A stretch of 64,000 bases of DNA, from the NCBI GenBank assembly GCA_036689415.1, contig CP144817.1, forward strand, positions 42,253 through 106,252, given 5' to 3'. Origin of the DNA: Candidatus Stammera capleta. Lineage in GTDB: Bacteria > Pseudomonadota > Gammaproteobacteria > Enterobacterales > Enterobacteriaceae. Positions 50,802-62,504 of this stretch are shown here, in pieces. The notes beneath the pieces are model-generated. The model saw only the letters and a list, made by a program, of their open reading frames with translations. It searched no databases and had not been told where the DNA came from. Each line of letters starts with the position of its first letter. The stretch's first letter is position 1. The position numbers were made by a program, and so were the translations under genes.

Positions 50802-52061
50802 TTAATTTATTTTTTTTATTTTGATTTTTAAATTTTTAAATTTTTTAATTATATTTTCATAACCTCTATATACATGATATATAGATTTTATAGTTGTTTT
50901 ACCATAAGCAATACATCCTGCTAAAATTAATGTTATTGCACATCTTAAATCTTTAGCAATTATAGTTTTACCAAAAATTTTTTTTACTCCATAACATATA
51001 ATTTTATTATTTGAATGTTTTATTTTTGCTCCCATTTTTTTTAATTCATTTATATGAGAAAATCTTTTTTTAAATATATTTTCTTTAACTAAAGATTTTC
51101 CTTTCGAAATACAATTTAATAAGGTAAATTGAGGTTGCATATCTGTAGGAAAGTTAGGATATGGGTTAGTAATTATATTAACAGATTTACATCTTTTATT
51201 TTTCATATCTAATTTAATAAAGTCATTTTTAATTTTTATTTTAGCTCCAGATAATTTTAATTTTTGTATTATAATATTTAATATATTAGGATTTGTATTA
51301 TAACAAATTATTTTTCCTCTAGATATAGCTGATGCTATTAAATATGTACCTGTTTCTATTCTATCAGGTAATATTTTATATTTACATGATAATAGTTTTT
51401 TAATTCCATATATAATAATAATATTTGTTCCTCCACCGTATATTTTTGCTCCACATTTATTTAAAAAATTAATTGTATCTATTATTTCTGGTTCTTTAGA
51501 ACAATTTTTTATTATAATTTTTTCATTTATAAAAATTGATATTAATATACTAGTGATTGTTGCTCCTACACTTTTCTTCTTTAAAATAATTATATTTGAT
51601 TTTAATTTTTTATCTATTTTAGCTTTTATTATATTATTTTTATATTTTATTTTTATTCCTATTTTTTTAAGTACATATAAATGTAAATTTATTGGTCTAC
51701 TTCCTAAATTACATCCTCCTGGAGTATTCATTATTATTTTTTTACATCTTATTAATATTGTTGGTAATAATCATATAGATGCTCTTGTTTTTTTTATTAA
51801 ATTTGATAGAAAATAATTAATATTTATATATTTTGCATTAATTATTATAATATCTTTTTCCTTTTTTATTTTTACTCCTATTTTTTTAAATAATTTTAAA
51901 GTTATATTAATATCTATTAAATTAGGTATATTTTTTATTATTATTTCTTTTTTAATTAATAAACAACTATATAATATTGGTAAAGCTGAATTTTTTGATC
52001 CTGATATTTTTACTTCTCCTTCTATTTTATTTGGACCTAATATTATAAATTTTTTTATCAT
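50802..52061 (-). CDS. murA: UDP-N-acetylglucosamine 1-carboxyvinyltransferase
   Basis: Two same-frame ORFs are bridged by TGA. ISGSKNSALPIL is present, and PGGCNLGSRPINLH holds the active-site Cys. Length is 419 aa. Confidence 0.92.
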
Positions 52062-52414
52062 ATTTATTATTTTATTTAAAATTTTATAAATTTATTTAAA
52101 ATTTTTATTAATATTTTATTTATTTATTATTATATATATTTTATACAAATATTTATTTTATTTATATGATATACATATTATAATTATTTTTTTTTATTAT
52201 TTTATATATTATAATTATTATATTTTTAATATATTTATATTTTTTTAATATTTTATATATAAAGTATAAATTATATTTTAATTTTTAGTTAATTGTAATT
52301 ATTTTTTTATTTTTTTAAATATTAAATAATTTATATTATTAAATATTTTTAAATAAAAATAAATATGTTATATTAATATAAATTTATTTTAAATTTTTAT
52401 TTTATAATAATTAT

Positions 52415-53341
52415 ATGAAATATAAGTCTGCTTTTTTAAATAGTATTAATAATTTTTTAAATATTAAAAAAGAGGGTATATATATAGATTGTACATTTGG
52501 TAATTCATATCATTCTTTAAAAATATTAAATTTTTTAAATAAATATGGTAAATTATATTCTTTTGATTGTGATCCTGATTCTATTAAAAATGGAAAAAAA
52601 ATAATTAATGATAATCGTATAAAATTAATAAATGATAATTTTTCTAATTTAGAATATTATATTAATTATTTTGATTTGTATAATAAGGTTAATGGTATAA
52701 TTTTTGATTTAGGATTGTCATATATTCAGTTAGATAATAGTAATAGAGGTTTTTCATTTTTAAAAAATGGACCTTTAGATATGCGTATGAATCAAAATAT
52801 AGGATTTACTTTAAAAAGTTGAATTAATAATGCAAAAGAAAAAGATATTTATAACATTATTAAAAAATATGGTCAAGATTATAATTCTAGAAGGATATCA
52901 AAAAATATATTTTCATATTGTAAAAAAAAAAAATTAAATACAACTTATGAATTATCTAAAATTATTGAATATTCTATAAAATCTTATAAGGATTATAAAA
53001 GTAAAGCTAGAGTTTTTCAATCTTTTAGAATATTTATTAATAATGAATTAAATAATTTAAAAAATATTTTATATAAATGTTGTAATTTTTTATCTAAAAA
53101 AGGTAGATTAGTTATTATTAGTTTTAATTCTTTAGAAGATAAAATAGTAAAAAAATTTATTATAGAAAAATCTAATAGTAATTTTAAATTGTTAAATGAT
53201 ATTCCTTTAACATTAGATCAAATTAATAATTTAAATCCACCTGAATTAATAAATTTAGGTAAATTTAAACCTTCAGAGAAAGAGGTTTATTCTAATCCTA
53301 GAATAAGAAGTGCAATATTAAGAGTTGCTGAAAAAATTTAA
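52415..53341 (+). CDS. rsmH: 16S rRNA (cytosine1402-N4)-methyltransferase RsmH (MraW)
   Basis: GIYIDCTFGNSYHS, FDLGLSYIQLDNSNRGFSF, GPLDMRM and NPRIRSAILRVAEK are present. The frame passes through TGA 52820 to TAA 53339-53341. Length is 308 aa. It heads the dcw cluster. Confidence 0.88.
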
Positions 53342-53369
53342 GTTTTATTTTTTTTATTAAGAGGTTTAT

Positions 53370-54878
53370 TTGAAAAAAAAAAATTTAAAAAATATTTTAT
53401 TTAAATATTTTAATAATAATAATTTTCCTAATATTTATATAAAAAATATAAGAATTGATAGTAGATTAATTAAAAAATATGATCTATTTATAGCTGTAAA
53501 AGGTTATAAAGAAGATGGTAAAAAATATATTAATAATGCTTTATTAAATGGAGCAATTGCAATTTTAACATATTCTAATATAAATAAAAATTATTATTTA
53601 TTTAGTTATAAATATAATGTATTTATTTTTTTTATTTTTAATTTAAATAGTTTTTTATCTGAAATTGCAGGTAATTTTTATGGTAATCCAAGTAAAAAAA
53701 TGTTTTTATTAGGTGTTACTGGTACAAATGGAAAAACTACTATTATTAATTTTCTTTCTAGTTGAATTCATTTATTAGGTTATAAAAGTTCTGTATTAAG
53801 TACCTTGGGAAATGGTTTATATAATAATTTAAAATATTCATTAAATACTACAAGTTCTGCTGTAGATACTCAGTATGAATTAAAAAATCAATATGATATG
53901 GGTTCTAAATTTTCTTGCATTGAAATTTCATCACATTCATTAGTACAAAATCGTGTAAAGGCATTATATTTTAATTGTGCAATATTTACAAATTTAACTT
54001 TAGATCATTTAGATTTTCATAAAAATTTTAGAAATTATGAATTAGCTAAACGTAAATTATTTTTTGAATTTAATATTAAAAATTTAATTATTAATATAGA
54101 TGATCCTATTGGGTTTAAATGATTTAAAGAATTATCAAATAAATATGTTATTCCTGTTACTTTTAATAAAAAAAATTTTATTTATTTTAAATATAGATGA
54201 TTATATATAAAAAAAATTGTTTTTTTTGGTTTTTTAAAAAAAGTTTATTTTGAATCTTATTTAGGAAATGGTATATTAAATTTCTTTTTTCCAGGTAATT
54301 TTAACATTATAAATGTTATGTTAAGTTTTGTGTCTTTATTATCATTAAATTTTAATTTTTATGATTTATTAAATACAAGTAAATATTTAAGTTTACCTAA
54401 AGGTCGTATGGAATTTTTTTTTTATAAAAAAAAACCCTTATTTATTGTTGATTTTGCTCATACTCCTGATGCTTTAAAAAATGTTTTATTGGAATGTAGA
54501 AAATATTGTTTAGGAAAATTATGATGTATTTTTGGTTGTACTGGTAATAGAGATAGAAATAAAAGATCTTTAATGGGTTTTATAGCTAAAAATTATTCTG
54601 ATATAGTAATTATAACTAATGATGATTTATATTTTGAAAATGAAAATTCTATTTTAGAAGATATTAAATTAGGTATAAAAAATTTTAATAATGTTTATAT
54701 AATATTAAATAGAAGTTTAGCAATTAAATTTTCTTTTATAAATTCTAATTATAATGATGTTATATTAGTAGCTGGTAAAGGACATGAAAACTTTCAAATT
54801 TTTTTAAATAAAAGAATTAAATATTCTGATAGAAAATTAATTAAAAAATTTTTAAATGAATCTTTATGAAAAATTTAA
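53370..54878 (+). CDS. murE: UDP-N-acetylmuramoyl-L-alanyl-D-glutamate--2,6-diaminopimelate ligase (MurE-type)
   Basis: TTG start with GAGG 5 nt upstream. IDSRLIKKYDLFIAVKG, GVTGTNGKTTII, FTNLTLDHLDFH and VAGKGHE are present. Four ORF pieces share one frame. The TGA in the ATGA junction at 54867 is read through to TAA 54876-54878. Confidence 0.88.
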
Positions 54879-56218
54879 ATTTATTAAAAATAGCAAATAT
54901 TACTGATGCAATTTTATTAGGTAAAAATATATATATTAAAAATATTTCTGTTGATACAAGAAAAATTAATATAAAAGATTCTTTATTTATAGTTATTGAG
55001 GGTTCTTATGATAAAAAATTTTTATGTTTTAATGCTATTAAAAAAGGTGCTTTAGCTTTACTTGTAGATTTTTATTTATCTATATTTAAGGTACCTTTAT
55101 TAATTGTTAAAGATACTAAAATAGCTCTAGGAAAAATATCTTCTTGGTTAAGAAAAAAAAGTTCTTCAAAAGTAATTTGTATCACTGGTAGTACTGGAAA
55201 AACTTCTTCTAAAGAAATAATAGTTAATATTTTAAAACAATCTAATTTTATATTATATAATCTTTATAATTTTAATAATGAATTAGGTGTACCTATTACT
55301 TTATTAAATTTACAATATTTTAAATATAAATATATAGTTTTGGAATTAGGTAGTAATTCTATTGGAGATATTAATTATTTATCTAAAATTACTTTGCCTA
55401 ATATTTCTTGTATTACAAATATTTCTATTTCTCATTTAAGAGGTTTTAAAAATTTTAAAAATATTATAATTGATAAAGGTAAAATATTTAAATATTTATC
55501 TAAAGATGGTACTGCTATTATAAATATAAATTATTTTTATTATAATTATTGAAAAAAATATTTATTAGATAAAAAAAAAATATTTTATAATATTTTAGAT
55601 TTTTATAAATGTAATATATTTATAAGTGATTTAAAATTTAATATATTTGGTACTTATTTTGTTATGAATACTATATATGGTAAACAAAAAGTATTTTTAA
55701 AATTATTAGGTATTCATAACATTTCTAATGTTTTACTATCTATTCTTTTATCTTTATATTTAAATGTAAATATAAAAGATATAAAGTTAGGTTTAGAAAG
55801 TTTATTACCTATTAAAGGTAGATTATATCCTATATTTTTAAATAAAAAAAAAGTAATTTTAGATGATTCTTATAATTGTAATCCTAGATCATTGTATTTT
55901 AGTATATTATTTTTACATAAATGTAATGGTTATAAATTATTAGTTATTTCTGATATGTTTGATTTAAGTTATATGTCTTTTTTTTATCATAAATATATTG
56001 GTATTTTAATAAAAAAAAATTTCTTAATTAATAAAATTTTAAGTATAGGGAAATATAGTTATTATATTACTAAATATAGTAGGATAGGTGAACATTTTAA
56101 TAATTTTAATAAATTATTATCTAGAATAAAAAGTATATTAATTTCATATAATGAAATTACTATTTTAATTAAAGGTTCTAATATATTTAATATGAGTAGA
56201 ATAATTAATTTTTTATAG
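54866..56218 (+). CDS. murF: UDP-N-acetylmuramoyl-tripeptide--D-alanyl-D-alanine ligase
   Basis: VDTRKINIKDSLFIVIEG, ITGSTGKTSSKE, LELGSNSIGDI and DDSYNCNP are present. Two pieces join through TGA. It ends at TAG 56216-56218, giving 450 aa. Confidence 0.88.
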
Positions 56219-56225
56219 GTATTTT

Positions 56226-57275
56226 ATGTTTTATATTTTTATTTTAAAATTATTTTTTTTATTTTTCTTAAATCCTTTTTTTTTATCTCTTATATTATCA
56301 TTTTTTTTTATTAAATATTTTATATTTGTTTTTAATAAATATAAATTTTTTCAAAATTTAAGAATTATTATACCTAATAATCATATTTTAAAAAAAAATA
56401 TACCTACTATGGGAGGATTAATAATTTTATTATGTTTTTTTTTAATATTTTTTTTATTTTTTTATAAAATTTTTAATTTTGATATATTTATATTATTTTT
56501 ATTTTTTATTTTAAATGCATTAATAGGCTTATTGGATGATTATATAAAATGTTTTATATTAAATTCTAATGGTTTATCTATATTTTATAAATATATTTTA
56601 CAATCTTTAATTTCTTTTTTATATATATATTATTTATATAATTATAGTTTTTTAAATTTGAATAATTATTTTATTATTTTTAATTATAAATTTTATATAA
56701 ACTATATTTATTTTATTTTATGATATTTAATATTAGTAGGTACTTCTAATTCTGTTAATTTTACTGATGGATTAGATGGTTTAGTTAGCTTTCCATTAAT
56801 TTTAAATTTTATATTTTTATTAATTATTTGTTTTAATGAATATTTTTATATTATTAATTATATTTTAATTAATTATAATTATTTAATATTTATTAAATAT
56901 TTAATTATATCTATTAGTATTATTTTAGGTATATTATTTTCTTTTTTATATTATAATTTTTATCCTGCTAGAATTTTTTTAGGAGATGTAGGTTCATTAT
57001 CTTTGGGTTTTATTTTATCTAGTATTTTTATTTTGTTAAAAAAAGAATTTTTTTTATTGTTAAGTGGTTTTGTTTTTTTAATTGAAATTATTTCTGTGAT
57101 AATTCAGATTTTATCATTTAATTTTTTTGGTAAAAGAGTGTTTTTAATGGCTCCTTTACATCATCATTATGAAATATTAAATTATAAAGAAAAAAATATA
57201 GTTTTTGTTTTTTGATTTATATCATTTTTATCGTTTTTAATTTCTTTATTTATATATTTTAAAATTTATGTTTAA
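56226..57275 (+). CDS. mraY: Phospho-N-acetylmuramoyl-pentapeptide transferase
   Basis: The product is a polytopic membrane protein. KKNIPTMGG, GLLDDYIK, NSVNFTDGLDGL, FLGDVGSLSLG and APLHHHYE are present. The pieces join through TGA. TAA at 57273-57275 gives 349 aa. Confidence 0.9.
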
Positions 57276-58584
57276 TTATAATAATAAAAATATTGTTGTT
57301 TTGGGTGCTGGTTTAACTGGTTTATCTTGTATTAATTATTTTATTTCATTAAATATATTTCCTAAATTAATGGATTCTAATAATATTAATAATATTTTAA
57401 TTCCAAATGGAATAGAATATTGTTTTGGATATTTTAATAAAGATTGATTATTAAATTCTGATTTAATTGTTATTAGTCCAGGAATATCTTCTTATCATCC
57501 TTTGATTATTAAAGCTAAAAAAATTGGAATAGAAATTATTAATGATATAGAAATATTTTGTAGAATAAATAAAAAACCTATTATTGCTATAACTGGAACT
57601 AATGGTAAAAGTACTGTAGTATCATTATTATTTAATATTTTTAAATCATATAATATTAATGTTTCTTTAGGAGGAAATATTGGTATTCCAATATTAAATT
57701 TATTAAATAATAATTCTGATATTTATATATTAGAAATTTCTAGTTTTCAATTGGAATATATATATTCTTTAAAATTTTTTTGTTCTTGTATTTTAAATGT
57801 TACTTATGATCATATGGATAGATATATATATTTTTATGACTATCTTTTTTATAAATTTAAAATTTTTAGTTATTCTAAATATTGTATAGTTAATTATAAT
57901 GAAAAAAAGACATTATTTAAAAATATTTTTGAAAAAAATGTTATTACATTTGGTTATTATATAGGAGATTATTATATTAATGAATTTAATAATAATTTAT
58001 ATTTATCTAAATTAAATTATAATTATTTAAATACTAAATATATTTATTTAAAAGGTATTTTTAATTACTTAAATATGTTAGTTGTAATTTGTATTTCTGA
58101 AATTTTTAATATTCCTGAAAATATTATTTTAAATAATTTAATTAATTTTAAAGGTTTATCTCATAGGTTTTCTATAATTAAAAAAAAAAAAGGTATTTTA
58201 TGAATTAATGATTCTAAATCTACTAATATAGATAGTACATTATCGGCTTTAAGTAATTTATCTTATGTTAAAGGTAGAATATGATTATTAATGGGTGGTG
58301 ATAATAAAAATGTTAATTTTAAAAAATTTTTAAAACCTAGCTTATTATTATATAAAAATTTATTTATTTGTTGTTATGGGAAAAGTAAAAATATTATATT
58401 TAATTTATTACCTAAAATTTCTTTTAAATTTAATTTTTTATGTGATGTTATTAAATATATTTCTAATTATTTAAAATTTAATGATGTAGTTTTATTTTCT
58501 CCAGGATGTTCTAGTTTAGATCAATTTAATAATTATAAACAAAGAGGTTTAGAATTTATTAAATTAGTTAATAAATATACTTAA
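57268..58584 (+). CDS. murD: UDP-N-acetylmuramoylalanine--D-glutamate ligase
   Basis: ATG at 57268 overlaps the mraY end by 8 nt. IVVLGAGLTGLS, ITGTNGKSTV, LW (TGA) INDSKSTN and FSPGCSSLDQFNNYKQRG are present. Length is 438 aa. Confidence 0.9.
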
Positions 58585-58607
58585 TTAATTATAATTTAAA
58601 TATTTAT

Positions 58608-59666
58608 ATGAATATAAATCGTGTAATGATTATTACTGGTGGTACTGGTGGTCATATATTTCCTGGTTTGGTAATTGCTGAATATTTAAAAAAAAATGGT
58701 TGTTTAGTAAAATGAATAGGTAGTAAAGATAGATTAGAATCTATTTTAGTTCCTAAATTTAAAATAGATATTGAATATGTTTATATTCCTAATTTTTTAA
58801 GTTTAATAAATTTTAATTTTTTTTTAAATTCTTTTTATTATCTAAAATCTATTTATATAATTATAAAAAAAATAAGATATTGAAAACCTGATTTAGTTTT
58901 AGGTTTTGGTGGTTATATATCTTTTTGTGGAATTTTTTCTGCATGATTATGTAAAATTAGTAGTATTATACATGAACAAAATTCTGTTGTTGGTTTTTCG
59001 AATAAAATTTTATATTATATTGCTACTAAAAGTTTACAAGCTTTTCCTAATACTTTTAATTCTAATGTTATTACTGTTGGTAATCCTATTAGAAAAGATA
59101 TTTTATCTATAAAACCACCTAATATTAGATTAATTAATCGTATAGGTAAAATAAATATATTAATTATAGGAGGTAGTCAGGGTTCTGATATTATTAATAA
59201 TACAATTTTTAAAATTGTAAAGATTTTAGATATAAATAAATATTCATTTTTACATCAAGTTGGTTTTTTAAATTATAAAAAAAATTTAGAATTAATAAAT
59301 AATATAAATAATATTAATTATAAATGTGTTGATTTTATATATAATATGTATAATGCTTATAATTGAGCTGATTTAATAATATGTAGATCTGGTGCTTTGA
59401 CAATAAGTGAAATAAGTAGTATAGGTTTAGCTGCTATTTTTATACCATTTATATATAAAGATAATCATCAATATTTAAATGCAAAATTTTTATCTAAAAA
59501 TAATTCTGCTATTATAATAAATGAAGATGAATTAAATGAATTTTTATTAGTTGATATAATATTAAAATTAGATAGAAAAAAATTATTTAATATGTCTAAT
59601 TTATCATATCTTAATAGAATTAAAAATTCTAATAGAAAATTTATAAAAGAAATATATAATTTTTAA
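58608..59666 (+). CDS. murG: Lipid II synthase MurG (UDP-GlcNAc transferase)
   Basis: ATG at 58608. MIITGGTGGHIFPGLVIAE, IHEQNSV, GGSQGS and W (TGA) ADLIICRSGALTISE are present. It shares a frame with ORF 59397-59666. Length is 352 aa. It starts 23 nt after murD, with no ftsW between. Confidence 0.9.
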
Positions 59667-59695
59667 TATAATATTAATATTATGAGATGAATTAA

Positions 59696-61141
59696 GTGAA
59701 AAATAATAATGATTTATTTATAGGTATAGATAAGAATAAATTTATTATACATTTTATTGGTATTGGTGGTGTAGGAATGTCATCAATAGCAGAATATATG
59801 TTATTATCTGGTTATAATATAACTGGATCAGATATATGTTTAAATTATAGAACCAAATATTTATCCTCTTTAGGAGTTAAAATATATAATTATCATTCTA
59901 AAAATAATATATTAAAATGTAATTTGATTGTTTATTCTTCTTCTATTGATTTATTAAATGATGAAATTAAGTTTGCTAAATTTAATAATATTCCAGTAAT
60001 ATCTAGAATTGAAATGTTATATGAATTAACAAAATACAATTATTTAATTACTGTTATTGGTAGTCATGGAAAAACTACTACTACTTCTTTTATATTTGAT
60101 TTATTTTTAAATTATAATTTAAAAATTAATTGTATAAATGGAGGTAATATAAAATCTATTAATTCTTATATTTATTTAAGTGATAATAAATATTTTTTAA
60201 TTGAATTAGATGAAAGTGATAATTTATTTATTTTATTAAGACCTTTTATAGTTATATTAACTAATATAGATTCTGATCATTTAAATAATTATAATAATAA
60301 TATTAATAATTTAATAAATTCTTTTTTAAATTATATTAATAAAATTCCATTTTATGGTTATTTTATAGCTTGTTTAGATGATAATAATATTTTATCAATT
60401 TTAAATAATAATAGTTTTAATTGTAAAGTAATTACTTATGGTTTTAATAAGTATTCTGATTTTTTAATTTCTGATTATAAGCAAAAAAAAAATTTTAGTA
60501 ATTTTAATTTATATATTAATAATAAAGAAAAATATAATTTAAGTATAAATATTTTTGGTAAACATAATATTTTAAATTTAGTAGGTTCTATAGCTTTATT
60601 AAATCAATTTTATAAAATAAATTTATTAGATTTACAAAAGTCTTTATATTGTTTAAAGGGAGTAAATAGAAGATCTGAAATAATAGGTGAATTTTCTTTT
60701 ACATATAAAAATTATTCATATAATAATATATTATTTATATCTGATTATGGTCATCATCCTACTGAAATAGAATATAATATAAATTCTATATATAAATCTT
60801 GAAATAGAAGAATAGTTATGATATTTCAACCTCATAGATTTAGTAGAACTAAATTTTTATTAGATTATTTTGTAAATGTTTTAATTAAAGTTGATATTTT
60901 ATTATTATTAAATATTTATTCAGCTTATGAAGATAATAGTATTTATTCTATAAATAGTAATAAATTATTTATGTTAATGTATGATTTATATAATTATAAA
61001 AATTGTATTTTAATTAATAGAAATTATGAAATTTTTAGATATTTATTAAATATTATTATAAATAAAGATATTGTTTTGTTTCAAGGAGCTGGTAAAACTA
61101 ATTTGTTTTTATATCATTTCATTAATAATTATATAAAGTAA
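59696..61141 (+). CDS. murC: UDP-N-acetylmuramate--L-alanine ligase
   Basis: GTG start, with an in-frame TAA immediately upstream. [36 protein letters not shown] and FQPHRFSRT are present. The pieces join through TGA 60800. Length is 481 aa. Confidence 0.9.
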
Positions 61142-61165
61142 AATTAATTTTTAACTATATTAAAT

Positions 61166-62083
61166 ATGAAAATTATAAATAATGTTGCTATATTTTGTGG
61201 TGGTAGTTCTACTGAAAGAGATATTTCTATGAAATCTGGATACTATATATTTAAGTGTTTATTAAAAAAAAATATTAATGTATTTCCTATTGATATAAAA
61301 TATTTTTGTTTAAATGATTTCTTAAATAAGAAAATAGATAAAGTTTTTATAATGTTACATGGTAAAATAGGAGAAGATGGAATTATACAAGGTTTTTTGG
61401 ATTTTTTAAAAATTCCATATACTGGAAGCGGAATTTTTACTTCATCTTTATGTATAAATAAGTATAATACTAAGAAATTTTTAAGTAATTTTAAAATAAA
61501 TGTTATATCTGATATATTTTTAAGAAAGGAAAATATTATTAAAAATAAACTTTTAAAATTATATAATGAATCTTTTTTAAAACTTAATATTCCTTTTGTA
61601 ATAAAACCTAATGATCATGGATCAAGTATAGGAATAAGTATTATAAATAATTTTTATGATTTTAAAAAATATTTTACTAAAAATAATTTTATTTTTAATA
61701 ATTTTATATTAGAAAAATATATTTATGGTGATGAATATACTATTACTATTTTAAATAAAAGAGTTTTGTGTCCTATAAAAATTAATTTTAAAAATAATTT
61801 CTTTGATTTTAATAGTAAATATAATATTGATAATATAAATATTTCTAATAATATTAATAATGATATTAAAAATAAAATAATTAATATTTCAAAAAAAATA
61901 TGGAATATTTTAGATTGTAAAGGATGTATAAGAATAGATTTTATAGTTGATAAATTTAAAAAAATTTGATTTTTAGAAATAAATACTATACCTGGTATGA
62001 CCAATACTAGTTTAGCACCTATTTGTGCTAAATATTCTGGTATTAGTTATTCAAAATTAATTTTAGATATATTATTTAATTAA
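61166..62083 (+). CDS. ddl: D-alanine--D-alanine ligase
   Basis: VAIFCGGSSTERDISMKSG, LHGKIGEDGIIQGFLDFLKIPYTGSG and IW (TGA) FLEINTIPGMT are present. TAA at 62081-62083 gives 305 aa. Confidence 0.9.
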
Positions 62084-62084
62084 T

Positions 62085-62390
62085 TTATAATTTATAACTT
62101 ATAATTATTTTTATATTTTTTATTTTTTTATGATTTATTTTTTTTATTATTTTTTTTTTATTTTTTATTAAATATTTTTTAGCTATATAATTATTTATTT
62201 TTATATATATATTATTTTTATTTATATTTATTATTTTATAATTATTATATATTTTTGTTGATAGAATTTTTTTTATTTTATTATCTATTTTTTTTATTAT
62301 TTTACTTTTTTTTATTAAATTAGTTAAATTATTTTTTTTTTCTTTATTATTAATAATATTTATAATTGATTTTAAATTTTTATTTTTCAT
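62085..62390 (-). CDS. Small basic protein, possibly DUF721/DciA-like (putative DnaB helicase operator)
   Basis: A 101-aa Lys/Asn/Ile-rich ORF lies antisense between ddl and secA. The pattern ILSTKIYNNYKIININKNNIYIKINNYIAKKYLIKNKKKIIKKIN...IKNIKIII resembles the DUF721 core. I also recall a DUF721 gene sitting divergently next to secA in beta/gammaproteobacteria. The composition is very low in complexity, so this is tentative. Confidence 0.4.
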   Translation of the reverse strand: MKNKNLKSIINIINNKEKKNNLTNLIKKSKIIKKIDNKIKKILSTKIYNNYKIININKNNIYIKINNYIAKKYLIKNKKKIIKKINHKKIKNIKIIISYKL

Positions 62391-62504
62391 TTTTTTTATA
62401 TTTTTATGATAATATATATTATAAATTATTTTAAATTATTAAATAATAATAATAATTTAAATTTTATTATTTAATCTTATTATATATAAGTTTTATAAAT
62501 TATT

